From: Octopus sinensis
Lineage: Eukaryota
Direction of reading: 5' to 3'
Assembly: GCF_006345805.1 (NCBI RefSeq)
Contig: NC_042999.1
Span: 35,836,001 to 35,900,000, forward strand
Length of the DNA: 64,000 bases
The notes under the pieces are model-generated. The model did no database searches and had not been told where the DNA came from. It was given only the letters and a program-made list of their open reading frames with translations. Position numbers and translations under genes: made by a program. This document shows positions 11,749-24,871 of this stretch, in pieces (position 1 is the stretch's first letter; each line of letters begins with the position of its first letter).

Positions 11749-13118
11749 TGAAAGCGCGTTAAAAACTATCTTGTTTAGCAGCGATGACATAGTTGTTATT
11801 GTAAGGCTTATAACGTTCCAAGTAGCCATGCCAACAAAATCCCTTCTTCATTTAAAGAAAGAATTATACCGGTATATTGAATATATATATATTTTTCATC
11901 TTAAAAAAATATTCATTTAACAAACTCTGGAAACTGATAATATTCTTGAAATTGCCTCGTATCAAAGTTATACAGCTATTTTGTGTTAATAGCATGTATT
12001 CATTCAGCACAAAATCACTTAAAAATTATACCGGTATATTAAAAAATTTTCATTTTATCAAAAATATTCATTTAACTAACTCTGGAAACTGATAATATTC
12101 TTGAAATTGCCTCGTATCAAAGTTATACAGCTATTTTGTGTTAATAGCATGTATTCATTCAGCACAAAATCACTTAAAAATTATACCGGTATATTAAAAA
12201 ATTTTCATTTTATCAAAAATATTCATTTAACTAACTCTGGAAACTGATAATATTCTTGAAATTGCCTCGTATCAAAGTTATACAGCTATTTTGTGTTAAT
12301 AGCATGTATTCATTCAGCACAAAATCACTTAAAAATTATACCGGTATATTAAAAAATTTTCATTTTATCAAAAATATTCATTTAACTAACTCTGGAAACT
12401 GATAATATTCTTGAAATTGCCTCGTATCAAAGTTATACAGCTATTTTGTGTTAATAGCATGTATTCATTCAGCACAAAATCACTTAAAAATTATACCGGT
12501 ATATTAAAAAATTTTCATTTTATCAAAAATATCATTTAACTAACTCTGGAAACTGATAATATTCTTGAAATTGCCTCGTATCAAAGTTATACAGCTATTT
12601 TGTGTAATAGCATGTATTCATTCAGCACAAAATCACTTAAAAATTATACCGGTATATTAAAAAATTTTCATTTTATCAAAAATATTCATTTAACTAACTC
12701 CGGAAACTGATAATATTCTTGAAATCGTGCCTCGTATGTAGCTATTATTAAATTATTATTCATGAAAATAGAGGTGAGCGAGAATGAGAGATAGTTTGAA
12801 ATAAAAACGTAAAATGTTGCTTGCAACGAATTAATAATGATTATTATTAAACATTAAAATCTAACCCGCAGTGAATGCAAGGAATATTTAAATTCATGGA
12901 GAACTGAACGCAGTGAATGCAACGAATATTTAAATTTGCGAGAATTTGGAGTTTTAAAAATTCAATAAACTTTAGAAGTCGAAATTAAAGGCAATTTCTT
13001 AGAACAGGAATTTATAAAAATATTTCAAGACGGTCAAGCTTTTAATATTTCTTTTAATACTTTTAGTAATTGTTACATATACCTTATTAATAAGCAGCTT
13101 TTTCCATTATAGTATAGA
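11749..13118 (-). mobile_element. 5' portion of the large Helitron, containing a tandem array
   Basis: Minus strand starts A|TCTATACTATAATGG at 13118, a typical Helitron 5' terminus, and is collinear with the ORF fragments to the left. Confidence 0.55.
11863..12737. repeat. 155-bp tandem repeat, about 5.6 near-identical units
   Basis: ATTATACCGGTATATT recurs at 11863, 12025, 12180, 12335, 12490 and 12643. Confidence 0.95.
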
Positions 13119-13913
13119 TATATTACTAGTTGGTTGTCAGTATTTTATGTATTTGTATGCATGTTTCTGTGTGTAAATATTTTTCCTTTTGTATATTTTC
13201 CATTTTTGTATTTGAGTCAAATTATATTTCATTTTCTTTTCATTTACCTACAGATGCCCTGTATTCATATATAGAAAAAGTGCCACACATTCCAGTCTTT
13301 ATACAACTGATTATCATTAATATTTATTAGTCAACAAGTGTCTCCATATGTACAAAACAGACTGATATTTAGTGCTTGCTTGCAACATTCGTGAAACAGT
13401 GAGCACGTTACATGGGTTAGATTCGTGGCATTAGTAAGTAATAATTTGACTTTGAACAATTCTGATACATACATAAATACTTATTATATTCGATTTCGTG
13501 TGATCTCTTCTTCGATATGTTATCTATAAACCTAAAATTCGATATATTTTATATCTTCTTCGTTTTCAGATACTTGAAGCCATTTGTCTGTGATGAAATT
13601 TGAATGGTGAACATAAAAAGCTATAACTATGTAGCACAAAGATTTCCTCAAATATCCTACCAATTCTCAGAAAGCAGCAATAAGCTGTGTGGAAGAACAC
13701 CATAATAACTTGGTTCCGATTTAGGAAAAACAGATCCCAACTCGACTATTTCTTAAAATTAAATTACCAATTCTTAAATAAATAAAAAAAAATACGTGAA
13801 ATTTACAACAATGGTAACAAAAAAATAATTCATTGGTGAAATATTTATGATTGTGATTGTGAATAAAATAATTAAAACTAATAATTATCTTGTTTATTCC
13901 TTAACCACTAAGC

Positions 13914-13979
13914 CAGTGGTTCCCAACCTGTGATCCGCAAAGGTAGTACTGGGGGTCCGTGAACTAAATTCAAAATTTC

Positions 13980-14042
<63 letters not shown>

Positions 14043-14138
14043 TATATATATATAAGGATAAGAATATTAAAAGGGGTCCGTGGGAAAACTCATTTAAATA
14101 AAAAGGGTCTTTTATAGTGAATGGGTTGAGAACTGCTG
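13914..14138. mobile_element. hAT-type MITE with internal (TA)n
   Basis: TIRs CAGTGGTTCCCAACC / GGTTGAGAACTGCTG; 8-bp TSD CACTAAGC / CACTAAGT. Confidence 0.8.
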
Positions 14139-14984
14139 CACTAAGTCATGCACACACACACACACACACAGGTATAAGGGACATAGCCTTATGGTTAGAG
14201 TATTGGACTCACGAACATAAGAGTATAGGGCCGATTGTTGGACAGGGCAGCGAGTTGTGTCCTTGAGCAAGGCACTTCATTTTACGGTGTTCCAGTTATC
14301 TCAGCTTAAAAGTAAGTTCAATCTCAACCAAATGTTGGCACAGCACTTTCACCTTCCAGTGCTACATTCTCGATGCTCCACTAGATCAGTGATTCGAGAA
14401 AGTGTCTCTGTCTGCTCGCTACTACATAGACACCTAAAACGATTAGCAAATGCATAAACATATGATCCATGGTCGTCAGAAGAAATACTGCAAAGCATTT
14501 CCTAGACACTCCAGCGGTACTGCCAATGCACCAAATAAATATTTTCTATATATATACATATATACATACATGCATATATATATGTATGTATATATATATA
14601 TTTATATATATATATATATAGGTTCATATAAAAGCGTATCTACTTATATGTGCAACTAAATGTATGAATGTGTGTGTTAATACATAATTACAATTATAAA
14701 TGTATATGCATATAAATGTATATCTCTCTATATATGCATATAACTGTTTGTATGTATGTTTCTATCAAGAGTCTCACATGATTTGTTTCTATATCCTGGT
14801 CACTCAAGGTTAAACTTTCTGGTCAATCAAATATACTCAATATACTTATTGGTTAGATGAATAAAGCTATATGAATCTATGCTTATACACACACACACAC
14901 ACACATATATATATATGCTCGCAGATATTTACTTAGGTAAATATGAGCACATTCTATGTATGCAAAAGGTCTATGGTGAGATGA

Positions 14985-15420
14985 GGTTTTATATATCGGC
15001 CGCATTCAGTATTTGAAGTCAGAGGGTAACGAATTGCATCAAATACCGCTAGGCATTTTGTCCAACATTCCAGCGGTCCCACCTAACCTTCACCCTAAAT
15101 AGAAGGATATATATTTAGTATTTTGTTTCATGGAACCGGAAAGACGAACGGCAAAGTTGACCTTGGCGAGATTTGAACTCAGAACGTAAAGAGCATGAAC
15201 AAATGCCGCAAAGCATTTTGACCGACGCACTAACGTTTCTGTCAAAACACTGTGCTAAATAGTAATTTCTAAACACGGAAACTTATTTAGAACTCAAGTT
15301 TTACGAGTCAGAAGGACAAAAGACAAAGTTGATCTTAACGGGATTTGATCTCTGAGCGTAAAGAGCCTAAATAAATACTTCAACGGATTTTGTCCGACGC
15401 TCTAATGACTCTGCCAATTG
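14985..15420 (-). mobile_element. Three degenerate partial SINE A copies in tandem
   Basis: Repeated AAAGTTGACCTTGGCGAGATTTGAACTC...CATTTTG(T/A)CCGACGC..TAA motifs. Confidence 0.65.
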
Positions 15421-15525
15421 ATACTGCACTTAGGAGCAAGTTCTATGATTTCTATCTATCTTTGTCTTCTATCTATCACTCTCATTGATTGTCGAGCTAC
15501 CGACTGTCTTACTCCATAAGTGGAT

Positions 15526-15605
15526 GTTTGTTCAAATAACTGGCTAAATAGAGGCGAATAAATACGTTTGTTGAAATAACTGGCTAAATAGAGGTGAATA
15601 AATAC
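15526..15605. repeat. 40-bp direct tandem duplication
   Basis: GTTTGTT(C/G)AAATAACTGGCTAAATAGAGG(C/T)GAATAAATAC twice. Confidence 0.9.
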
Positions 15606-15855
15606 GACACTTCTGTACGTCAGGGTGAAAGTGATAAGATCAGGTGACGATATATGAGGGAAGAATTAAAACATTGGGTGTAAAACGTCATTGTGAATTA
15701 TAGAAGTAATAAAACAATGTCTAAATGTCAGCTGTGTTTCAGAAAATCAATGTCACTGCGTCACTAATATGAAAGTATTGGGACATATATGAACCAATAT
15801 CTTCATCAGTACGGGAATGAATACTGAAAAGAAAACTACCCTCGACAACTCGTTG

Positions 15856-15857
<2 letters not shown>

Positions 15858-15887
<30 letters not shown>

Positions 15888-16035
15888 TGTATGTATGTAT
15901 GTATGTATGTATGTATGTATGTATGTATGTATGTGTATTTGTGTATGTATGAATGTATGCATGTATGTATGTATGTATGTATGTATGTATGTATGTATGT
16001 ATGTATGTATGTATGCATGCATGTACGTATGTATG

Positions 16036-16069
<34 letters not shown>

Positions 16070-16165
16070 TGTATGTATGTATGTATGTATGTGTATTTGT
16101 GTATGTATGAATGTATGCAAGTATGTATGTATGTATGTATGTATGCATGCATGTACGTATGTATG

Positions 16166-16199
<34 letters not shown>

Positions 16200-16233
16200 T
16201 GTATGTATGTATGTATGTATGTATGTATGTATG

Positions 16234-16267
<34 letters not shown>

Positions 16268-16515
16268 TGTATGCATGCATGCATGCATGCATGTATGTAT
16301 GTATGTATGTATGTATGTATATATGTATGTATGTATGTATGTATGCATGCATGCATGTATGTATGTATGTATGTATGTATGCATGTATGTATGTATGTAT
16401 TGTATGTATGTATGTATGTATGTGTATGTATGTATGTATGTATGTATGTATGAATGTATGCATGTATGTATGTATTGTATGTATGTATGTATGTATGTAT
16501 GTATATGTGTGTATG
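15858..16515. repeat. (TATG)n microsatellite
   Basis: Read directly; source of the HTYI/MYVC ORFs. Confidence 0.95.
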
Positions 16516-16530
16516 TTTAATAGATACATA

Positions 16531-16566
16531 CGTGATCTGATCAATAAATATCCGGACGGTTACCAT
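16531..16566 (+). mobile_element. Solo mariner terminal inverted repeat (same family as 27559-28447)
   Basis: TA|CGTGATCTGATCAATAAATATCCGG matches the TIRs at 27559 and 28447. Confidence 0.7.
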
Positions 16567-17156
16567 CTACATGTATATATACATGCATATATGGGTACAG
16601 GACACCAAAAAAACGTCGAACACAATGAGAAATGAAAACATAAACACAAAACCAAGGAAATGGACATTTTTCTTAAACAACGAAAAACTCGAGTACAGGA
16701 CATACAACACAAGGAAAATTCCCATTCTTCAGTCGCCCCTGTTTCATCTACTCCGCGTTTCGATGGTAAAGGCGAGACACGACTCCTTGAAAAATTCCTT
16801 CCCGCAAAAGGCAACTTAAATAAAATTTCAGATTATTTTGCGGATGGGTAAAAATGGTAACAAAAACAGGAGAGTAAAGACAGTACAAAATATAAACAGT
16901 AAAAAAACAGGACAAGGAGAACAACAGTAACACAGACATTGAGGGCTGTTAAGCCAAACGAGAAAAAATATTACGAACGCTTTTTTTTGAGAACGGTGAG
17001 GGAGAGACACAAGAAAGCCGTCTACACTCGAAGGATGCGAGGTTAGAAAGACGGTAGTTTTCTCGTCGATGGTCAGCGACGGGACAGAGGAGGAGGAGTA
17101 AGAGAAGGGGAGAGAAAAAAAGGGAGTGGTTGTAGAGAAAACCAGAAAGATTGAAG

Positions 17157-17221
<65 letters not shown>

Positions 17222-17324
17222 CAGCAAGGTAGAAGAAAAGGAAACCAGAAAGAATGAAGGCTGAGAAAGGGAGGGGCAGAAAGGTTAAGAGTGCGCATAT
17301 ATATAATATATATATATATATACA

Positions 17325-18055
17325 CTTTTTCTTTTGTTCTTTTACTTGTTTTAGTCATTTTGACTGCGGCCATGCTGATCATCGCCTTTAGTCGAACAAA
17401 TCGGCGCCAGGACTTAGTCTTTGTAAGCTTAGTACTTATTCTGTTGAACTCTTTTGCCGAACCGCTAGCTAACGGAGACGTAAACACACTAACATCAGTT
17501 GTCAAGTGATGGAGGGCAGACTAACACAGACGCACACACGAACATATACATATATATATGACTTATACATACGACGGGCTTCTTTCAGTTTCCGTCAACC
17601 AAGTCCGCTCACAAGGTTTTGGTCGGCCCAAGGCTATAGTAGAAGACACTTGACCAAAGAGTCACGCGGTGGGACTGGATACGTAACCATGTGGTTGGGA
17701 AGCAAGCTTCTTACCACACAGCCACTCCCGCATCTATACATACATATATACATACATACATACATACATACATACATACATACATACAACATATATCAAC
17801 TAAACACACCAGCATCGGTTGTCAAGCAATGCTAGGGGGACAAACACACAAACACACACACATACACACACACACATATATATACATATATACGACAGGC
17901 TTCTTTCAGTTTCCGTCTACCAAATCCACTCACAAGGCATTGGTCGGCCCGGGGCTATAGCAGAAGACACTTGCCCAAGATGCCACGCAGTGGGACTGAA
18001 CCCGGAGCCATGTGGTTGGTTAGCAAGCTACTTACCACACAGCCACTGCTGCGCC
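17325..18055 (-). mobile_element. Two SINE family B copies (17325-17730; partial 17800-18055)
   Basis: GGAGTGGCTGTGTGGTAAG head, GGTTCAGTCCCACTGCGTGGC, CTTGGGCAAGTGTCTTC core, internal (TA)/(TG)n, (AAAAGAGT)-type tail. Confidence 0.85.
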
Positions 18056-18279
18056 TATATATATATACATATATACAAAAGCCAGTTAATTCCAAGATTT
18101 ATTTATGTTTAACAACTGAATGAATTTAATAAAAGCATCTAAATACGAAACATCAGGAAAAGTGTTCAAACTGAAGTCCTTGAGCGACACATTTTTCCAT
18201 TCGATTCAATAGAGAATTACAGATAATATTTATGGAATTTTGATTTTGATTTGCTGTCGGGTGACTTTTGGCCAACTTG

Positions 18280-18281
18280 TG

Positions 18282-18329
<48 letters not shown>

Positions 18330-18414
18330 CATATATGCATATATGCATATATATACATACACACACACACACATATATATACATATGTATATATATATTA
18401 CATATACATATATA

Positions 18415-18478
<64 letters not shown>

Positions 18479-18757
18479 ATATGTATGTATATATATATAT
18501 ATGTATATATATATTTCTATATATATATGTATACATATGTATATATATATATATATATATAAATATATGCATATATATATATGTTTATATACGTGTATAT
18601 ATATGTATACATATATATATGTATATATATATCTATATATATATGTATATGTATGCATATATATATGTATAAATATATGTATATATATATATATGAGTGT
18701 ATGTGCATGTATGTATGTATGTATGTATGTATGTATGTATATATATATATATGTATG

Positions 18758-18831
<74 letters not shown>

Positions 18832-18845
18832 ATATATATACATAT
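18280..18845. repeat. (CA)n/(TA)n/(TATG)n compound microsatellite
   Basis: Read directly. Confidence 0.95.
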
Positions 18846-19632
18846 GCTTTATGTAGCGTGTCTAGTTAACTGCATGATTAAAAAGCCTTTTCAAGGCGGT
18901 GATATTGAGTCGTTCGTACTTTTTAACGACTTGTCAGGCTAGGAGTGGAAGAAGCGCTTTTCTTAGATATTCGCCAGCGAAATGTTAATATAGGATGAGT
19001 GAAGCTTTCACTATCATATGATATCATCATCAGAGCGAAGCGAGGTTATTGGGTTGTGTTACCTAATTAGTTACGAGTGAATGGACATTGAAGAAAAGGT
19101 AATAGAACTTCAGGAATGAAGGTCGTGTTGGTTACTCATATGTTTCACATAATAGTAAGATTCTAATTGGATGTCTGAGGAGGGAAATTGTCGCGGATGA
19201 AGAGAATTTTAATGTTGCTGCTGCCACTACTGCTGCTATAGTTCTTGTTGTTGTTGTTTGTTGAAACCAAGACCAGGACCATGTCGTCTTCTAATCAGAT
19301 GCCGCGCATATAAGTCATATAAGTATTCATTATCCAGCGTTAATGTAGGTCTTAAGGGAGGTTTTAACTGTTATCTTTAGCAAATCGCGTAACCGTTTGA
19401 AAGAGTCGAATGGCGTGTTTCTCTCTGTCGTTATTCATCTATATATACATGCAGATACATATACGCATATATACATACTCGGTATGTGTATAGTTATGGT
19501 CATGCATGTGGCTTGTATGTTTGTTGCTATGGATTTGTTGGTTTAAGTTTTATAAAAATATCTTTATAATGAGCGATTATTTGGCATTTTGTGAAAACAT
19601 ATTTCTGCTTACTTAACAATACGATATGTACG

Positions 19633-19973
19633 CAGTGGCGGACTGGGTCTAAAAATATTGGTTGCCAGGAGACTAAGGGGGGCCCGTTCGCAACTACAAG
19701 GAGGGCCCACTCACAACTACAAGGAGAACCACCCGCAACTACAATGCTATCATTTATTCTTTTTTATTCTTGTTAAAAGTATTCTTTTCAACTATGTATA
19801 AACACAGCCAGGCTGAAAAGATTAATGCATTCTTCTCGGAGTGAATAAAATATTCTTAACTTGAGTCGATGGGCCTCCTGTTAGATACTAACACGGGTCC
19901 CCATATATGATTCTAATGGCGCAGGGACCCACTTGCCATCGGGCAAGCTGGCAACCTGGCCAGTCAACCACTG
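19633..19973. mobile_element. hAT-type MITE with internal CGCAACTACAAGG repeats
   Basis: TIRs CAGTGGCGGACTGG / CCAGTCAACCACTG; 8-bp TSD TATGTACG / TATATACG. Confidence 0.75.
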
Positions 19974-21953
19974 TATATACGTATGGCTCACGAACGTAAG
20001 ATAGTGAGTTCGATTCCCGGCAGCGTGTTCTGTCCTTTTGCAAGACACTTCATTTCGCGTTGTTCTAGGCCACTCAGTTGCAAAAATGAGTTGTATCTCT
20101 AATTTCAAGTTCCGCCTTGTCACATTCTGTGTTACGCTGAATCTCCCTGAGAATTACGTCAAGTTTACGTGTGTCTGTGGAGTGCTCAGACACTTGCACG
20201 TTTATTTCACGATCGGGTATTTCCACTGATCGTATCAACTGGAACCCTCGTTGTATATATGACAGGATGGTACATCGCCTCCATATAGGACATACGAGGT
20301 GCATTATGAAACTTCTTGAAACGTTGTGGGCGTGTGACCCTTATAGCAATTATTACGGTGTTTGCAACTTTCATATCGGTATATTTGTTGTATAATTGTT
20401 GAAGACACAAGTAATTTAGAGATCTGATGTTTGGTGTTTGGGGAGCGTTTACGTATGACTAGATTTTTTTTACTTTTATGTTTCTTTCTCCTGTCATCCG
20501 TAACGATATATAGATATATAGATATATCAAATAACACACACGATCTTTCATAAGAAAAACTCATTCTTTGGTGATCACTCATATGTCACACTGCGCAACA
20601 CTGTTTAGGACCGTGACTGAACACCATTTACTCCTCGTTTATTATTTCTAACTGATATATATTCTAACAGCCCATTTACCCACTCCTTATCATTCTGGTG
20701 ATAGTATCTGCTGATAATGGAAATTTAGCCTATCCCTCCTTAATACTTAACTTTTGAACATAAACGTATCTCCTTTCACTATTAAATCGCCGAGTCGTTA
20801 GAAATTACAAAAGGCTTAAGATTAAATTGCTGAAAAGGCTTCTTAGTTGTTGTATTTTACCAGACATGAATAAATCAAGAGGTGTAAGCAACAACAGTGG
20901 CAACACAATAAACTTTAAGAGAGTTTCGTTGGGCGGCAATGCTGATTTACATTCCTATCCCGTGAAAAGTTTCGACTCATGTCTGCTTAATGCTGCAGAT
21001 GCTTGTAGAGAACGAAGCCTCGTAAAAGTTAATATGATAAACTTAAACCCAACCCCGACTCCGTCATTCTTAGCCTTAGTAGTGTCAAAAGGAGTGGTTC
21101 CTAATCTTTAGAGCATCCTATCTACTTTTGTAGTTGGCCATTGCTTCTGCATCTTGCACCCTACGCCCCACATTTTTGTTTGAAAATTCTTTTTAAATCA
21201 AAAGAAGAAATAATTGAAATGCATGTATTTAGACATTTTATTTATAAAAATAAGTTTGTAAAAGTAGCAATTATATTCACAACATGCTTAAAAACGAAAG
21301 AACAAAAAACGATTATCGAACTCATAAACATAATATAAAATAGAAAGAAACGCAATTGAATTTTAATATTAACAGAACGAGAAATTATAAAAGAATAATT
21401 AAAATTCTTGAAAAAATTAAGATATTATTGACACAAAATCTAATAAGATGCATGTCATTGTTTCTTAGCTAAAAGATATTTAATGCGTAGATGAATTTAG
21501 TTAGAGTATAAAGTAAGTTTGCTTCGATGTTCAGCTTGTTTATGTATTTACTCTTGGCTTTAAATGTTGCTTCCTTAACATATGAGGATCCGAACATCAT
21601 CAGAACTCCTAAGAGCGTAATGTAAAGGGTTAAATAGAAAACTACTGTTTCCAGAACGTCTCTATACCGAGTGTTTTGCAGTTTTTTTTTTTTTTTTTTT
21701 TTAGTGTGTGAGTTAAATTTCATCAGAGAAACTCTCAGGCTTCATGTTTCTGGAAATTATGTGGCAAATTCTGCCTTAAAATGAATTAGTCTATTCTTTG
21801 TATTCGTATATTGGAGGTAAAAGAATCATCATTGATAGCATAATCGAAGTTAGGAAACTGGTTTTGTTTCCATTTTGAATTCGAGAATTCCAGAGGTGGA
21901 CTTTGAAAATTCATGTGAATTCATGATACATAATTATCTGTGTGTGTGTGTGT

Positions 21954-21998
<45 letters not shown>

Positions 21999-22502
21999 GT
22001 GTGTGTAAGGTTAAGGGAATTTACAGTACGCCAGAGACAACCAGAATTCTTTAGATTTGAACTTATCTCAGACAGCGACTTTCTAATTGCGAATGTAGAA
22101 AGGTTCCCACCTCTTCTTGTGATTCCTAAAGCCGTCGAAACATGTTCTCTTTCGAAGACCATCATATGTTCATGTGATAAAAAGTTGAATTTTACACAGT
22201 TTCTTGAAGGTTTAAGATTCCAGTCTTAATAAAATTATCACCCTTTATAGATAGGTTCCAGCAAGAAGAGTTCTGGTTGCTAGCGCTTCAAGATAAAGGA
22301 TGTGGTGCGTATTTCCAGCCGTTGAGCTTCTTTTTCTTTTCAAACCAGATCGCATAACAAGCATCAATGGGGCTCCTTCTGTACAGACTCCTACATGTCC
22401 CATGAAAACTTATTCCCACTACCGCTCCCACCCGCCCCTGCAAAAGAAAATGTATGCAATTATTTGAAAAATGTCCATTGCTGTTATAAACTTGACATGG
22501 AA

Positions 22503-22658
22503 AGAGTGGCTGTGTGGTAAGTAGCTTGCTAACCAACCACATGGTTCCGGGTTCAGTCCCACTGCGTGGCATCTTGGGCAAGTGTCTTCTGCTATAGCCC
22601 CGGGCCGACCAATGCCTTGTGAGTGGATTTGGTAGACGGAAACTGAAAGAAGCCTGTC

Positions 22659-22732
<74 letters not shown>

Positions 22733-22943
22733 CTGTGTTTGTCCCCCTAGCATTGCTTGACAACCAATGCTGGTGTGTTAACGTCACCGTCACTTAGCGG
22801 TTCGGCAAAAGAGACCGATAGAATAAGTACTGGGCTTACAAAGAATAAGTCCCGGGGTCGAGTTGCTCGACTAAAGGCGGTGCTCCAGCATGGCCGCAGT
22901 CAAATGACTGAAACAAGTAAAAGAGTAAAAGAGTAAAAAGAGT
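22503..22943 (+). mobile_element. Full SINE family B
   Basis: Complete head, core, (TA)n(TG)n, 3' half with GTCGAGTTGCTCGAC hairpin and (AAAAGAGT)n tail. Confidence 0.9.
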
Positions 22944-23374
22944 ATATATAAAAAAAGTATCAAAGATCCTTCTCGAGGGAAGGTAATTTTTCGTTAGGCA
23001 TGCTATTCAGAAAATCCCGCGGGTCGCACACGGTTTGCAGACCGCAGTTTGTCCATTACTGCTTTAGTTGTACAGATTTCTGGAGTAACAAAAATCCAAA
23101 TCGAATATAATCATCGTAACATCTCTCTCTCTCTCTCTCTCTCTCTCCCCCTCTCTCCGTCTTTCATTCTATCCTTCTCTTCGTCTTTCCTTCTCTCTCT
23201 CCCTCTTTTACAAAATGGGCACCGAAAATCTACGATACGGGAAATAATTATAAATTATGGATCGAACATATCGAAGAAATAGAATTAACATATATGCCAC
23301 AAATTTATTATAAACCAGAATATTATCATGCAAGACAAAATATAACATCAGAGACATTAATTTATTATACACAA

Positions 23375-23780
23375 CTAGCAGTATCGCCCGGCGTTGCTCG
23401 GGTTTGTAAGGGAAATAACTATATAAGCATTTTTAGAGAGTTATAGCAAAAAAATAGCAAAAAATGCATTAAAAATGGAAAAAAAAATGATGGTAATTTT
23501 TTTTTTAAATCGTTGACTCATCGTAGACAATTTTAGAGAGTTACTTCCCTTATATAATAGCGAAAAAATGCATTAAAATGGAAAAAAATGATAAATGATA
23601 AATGGTAAATTTTTTTAAATCGTAGGCTCGTGGTAGACGTGCGCTAATACCCAGAAGGGCTCGATATGAACCACGACTATAAGATACCCGGTTTTGGTTA
23701 AACTGCACCGCAAAATGTGGGAGTAGTTAGGAATCTAAATCGTAGGAGACAGACACACAACTTGACTTTTATATAAAAGA
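23375..23780 (-). mobile_element. Second non-autonomous Helitron
   Basis: 5' A|TCTTTTATATAAAAG; 3' CCCGAGCAACGCCGGG hairpin then CGATACTGCTAG|T. Confidence 0.85.
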
Positions 23781-23840
23781 TTACAAACACATATCAACCT
23801 AAAAAGGAAAACTTCACGTAGAATTGACATACGACTAAAT

Positions 23841-24060
23841 TATTACCTCCGCCAAGGAAGGAGATTATGTTTCATCGGTGTTGGTTTGTCCGTCTGTCCG
23901 TCTGTGTGCAAAATAACTCAAAAAGGTGTGAACAGTATTTGATGAAACTTGCAGAAGAAGTTGGTAATGACACAAGGAACAGATGAAGAAATTTTGGTAG
24001 TGATCCGGGAATTTTTATGGATTGTTGAAGGATTTTTCTATCAGAAGATTTTATTGAGAA
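23841..24060 (+). mobile_element. HINE/DINE-1-like (Helentron-associated) non-autonomous element, 5' fragment
   Basis: TTATTACCTCCGCCAAGGAAGGAGATTATGTTTC followed by (GTCC/GTCT)n, AACTCAAAAAG and GATCCGG, a layout I recall for these elements; no 3' end found. Confidence 0.5.
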
Positions 24061-24179
24061 ACGAACTCACATCTCATGGTCTTAGAGCAAACCACTGAGT
24101 TGTAGAGGAAAGTATAAAAAGAGATTTCACTTAAACTATACAAAAACCAAAAAAGAAAAAAAAGATTAATATGGTTTTT

Positions 24180-24345
24180 AGGAGTGGCTGTGTGGTAAGT
24201 AGCTTGCTAACCAACCACATGGTTCTGGGTTCAGTCCCACTGCGTGGCATCTTGGGCAAGTGTCTTCTGCTATAGCCCCGGGCCGACCAATGCCTTGTGA
24301 GTGGATTTGGTAGACGGAAACTGAAAGAAGCCTGTCGTATATATG

Positions 24346-24401
<56 letters not shown>

Positions 24402-24800
24402 TCCCCCTAGCGTTGCTTGACAACCGATGCTGGTGTGTTTATGTCCCCGTCACTTAGCGGTTTGGCAAAAGAGACCGATAAAATAACTACTGGGCTTACA
24501 AAGAATAACTCCCGGGGTCGATTTGTTCGACTAAAGGCGGTGCTCCAGCATGGCCGCAGTCAAATGACTGAAACAAGTAAAAGAGTAAAAGAGTAAAAAG
24601 AGTATATAGGTGCAGGTGTTGATGTATGGTAACAAGCTTGCTTCCGAATCAAATGTTTCCCGGTTCAGTCCCGCTGCGTGGCACCTTGAGCAAGTGTATT
24701 CTATTATAGGATCTGGCCGAATAAAGTCTTGAGAGTGGATTTCGTTCATGGAAACTGAAAGTTTACTTATATATGTGTATGCGTTGTGTGTGTGTGTGCG

Positions 24801-24871
<71 letters not shown>

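Noticed and set aside
11863-12737. CRISPR-like regular array (also 5535-6705)
   Set aside because: Whole units repeat with no unique spacers; eukaryotic context; no cas genes.
13570-13606. Strong plus-strand splice acceptor (TTCTTCGTTTTCAG)
   Set aside because: All three frames hit stops before the nearest donor; cannot support a coding exon.
15739-16635. Long ORFs on both strands (HTYI/MYVC repeats); likewise 18153-18869, 42106-42821, 50282-51138, 62099-62695
   Set aside because: Stop-free readings of TATG/TA/CA/TCTA/GAA microsatellites.
16660-16851. 63-aa plus-strand ORF MDIFLKQRK...
   Set aside because: Short, no homology recognised; the region is noted only as a CpG-rich island.
21469-21723. 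ORF with a TM-like segment (VLETVVFYLTLYITLLGVLMMFGSS)
   Set aside because: No convincing acceptor, runs through a poly-A tract, no recognisable family.
20827-22229. ORFs of 84-95 aa in unique sequence (20827-21111, 21911-22165, 21942-22229)
   Set aside because: Overlapping sense and antisense frames with no motifs; within the range expected by chance.
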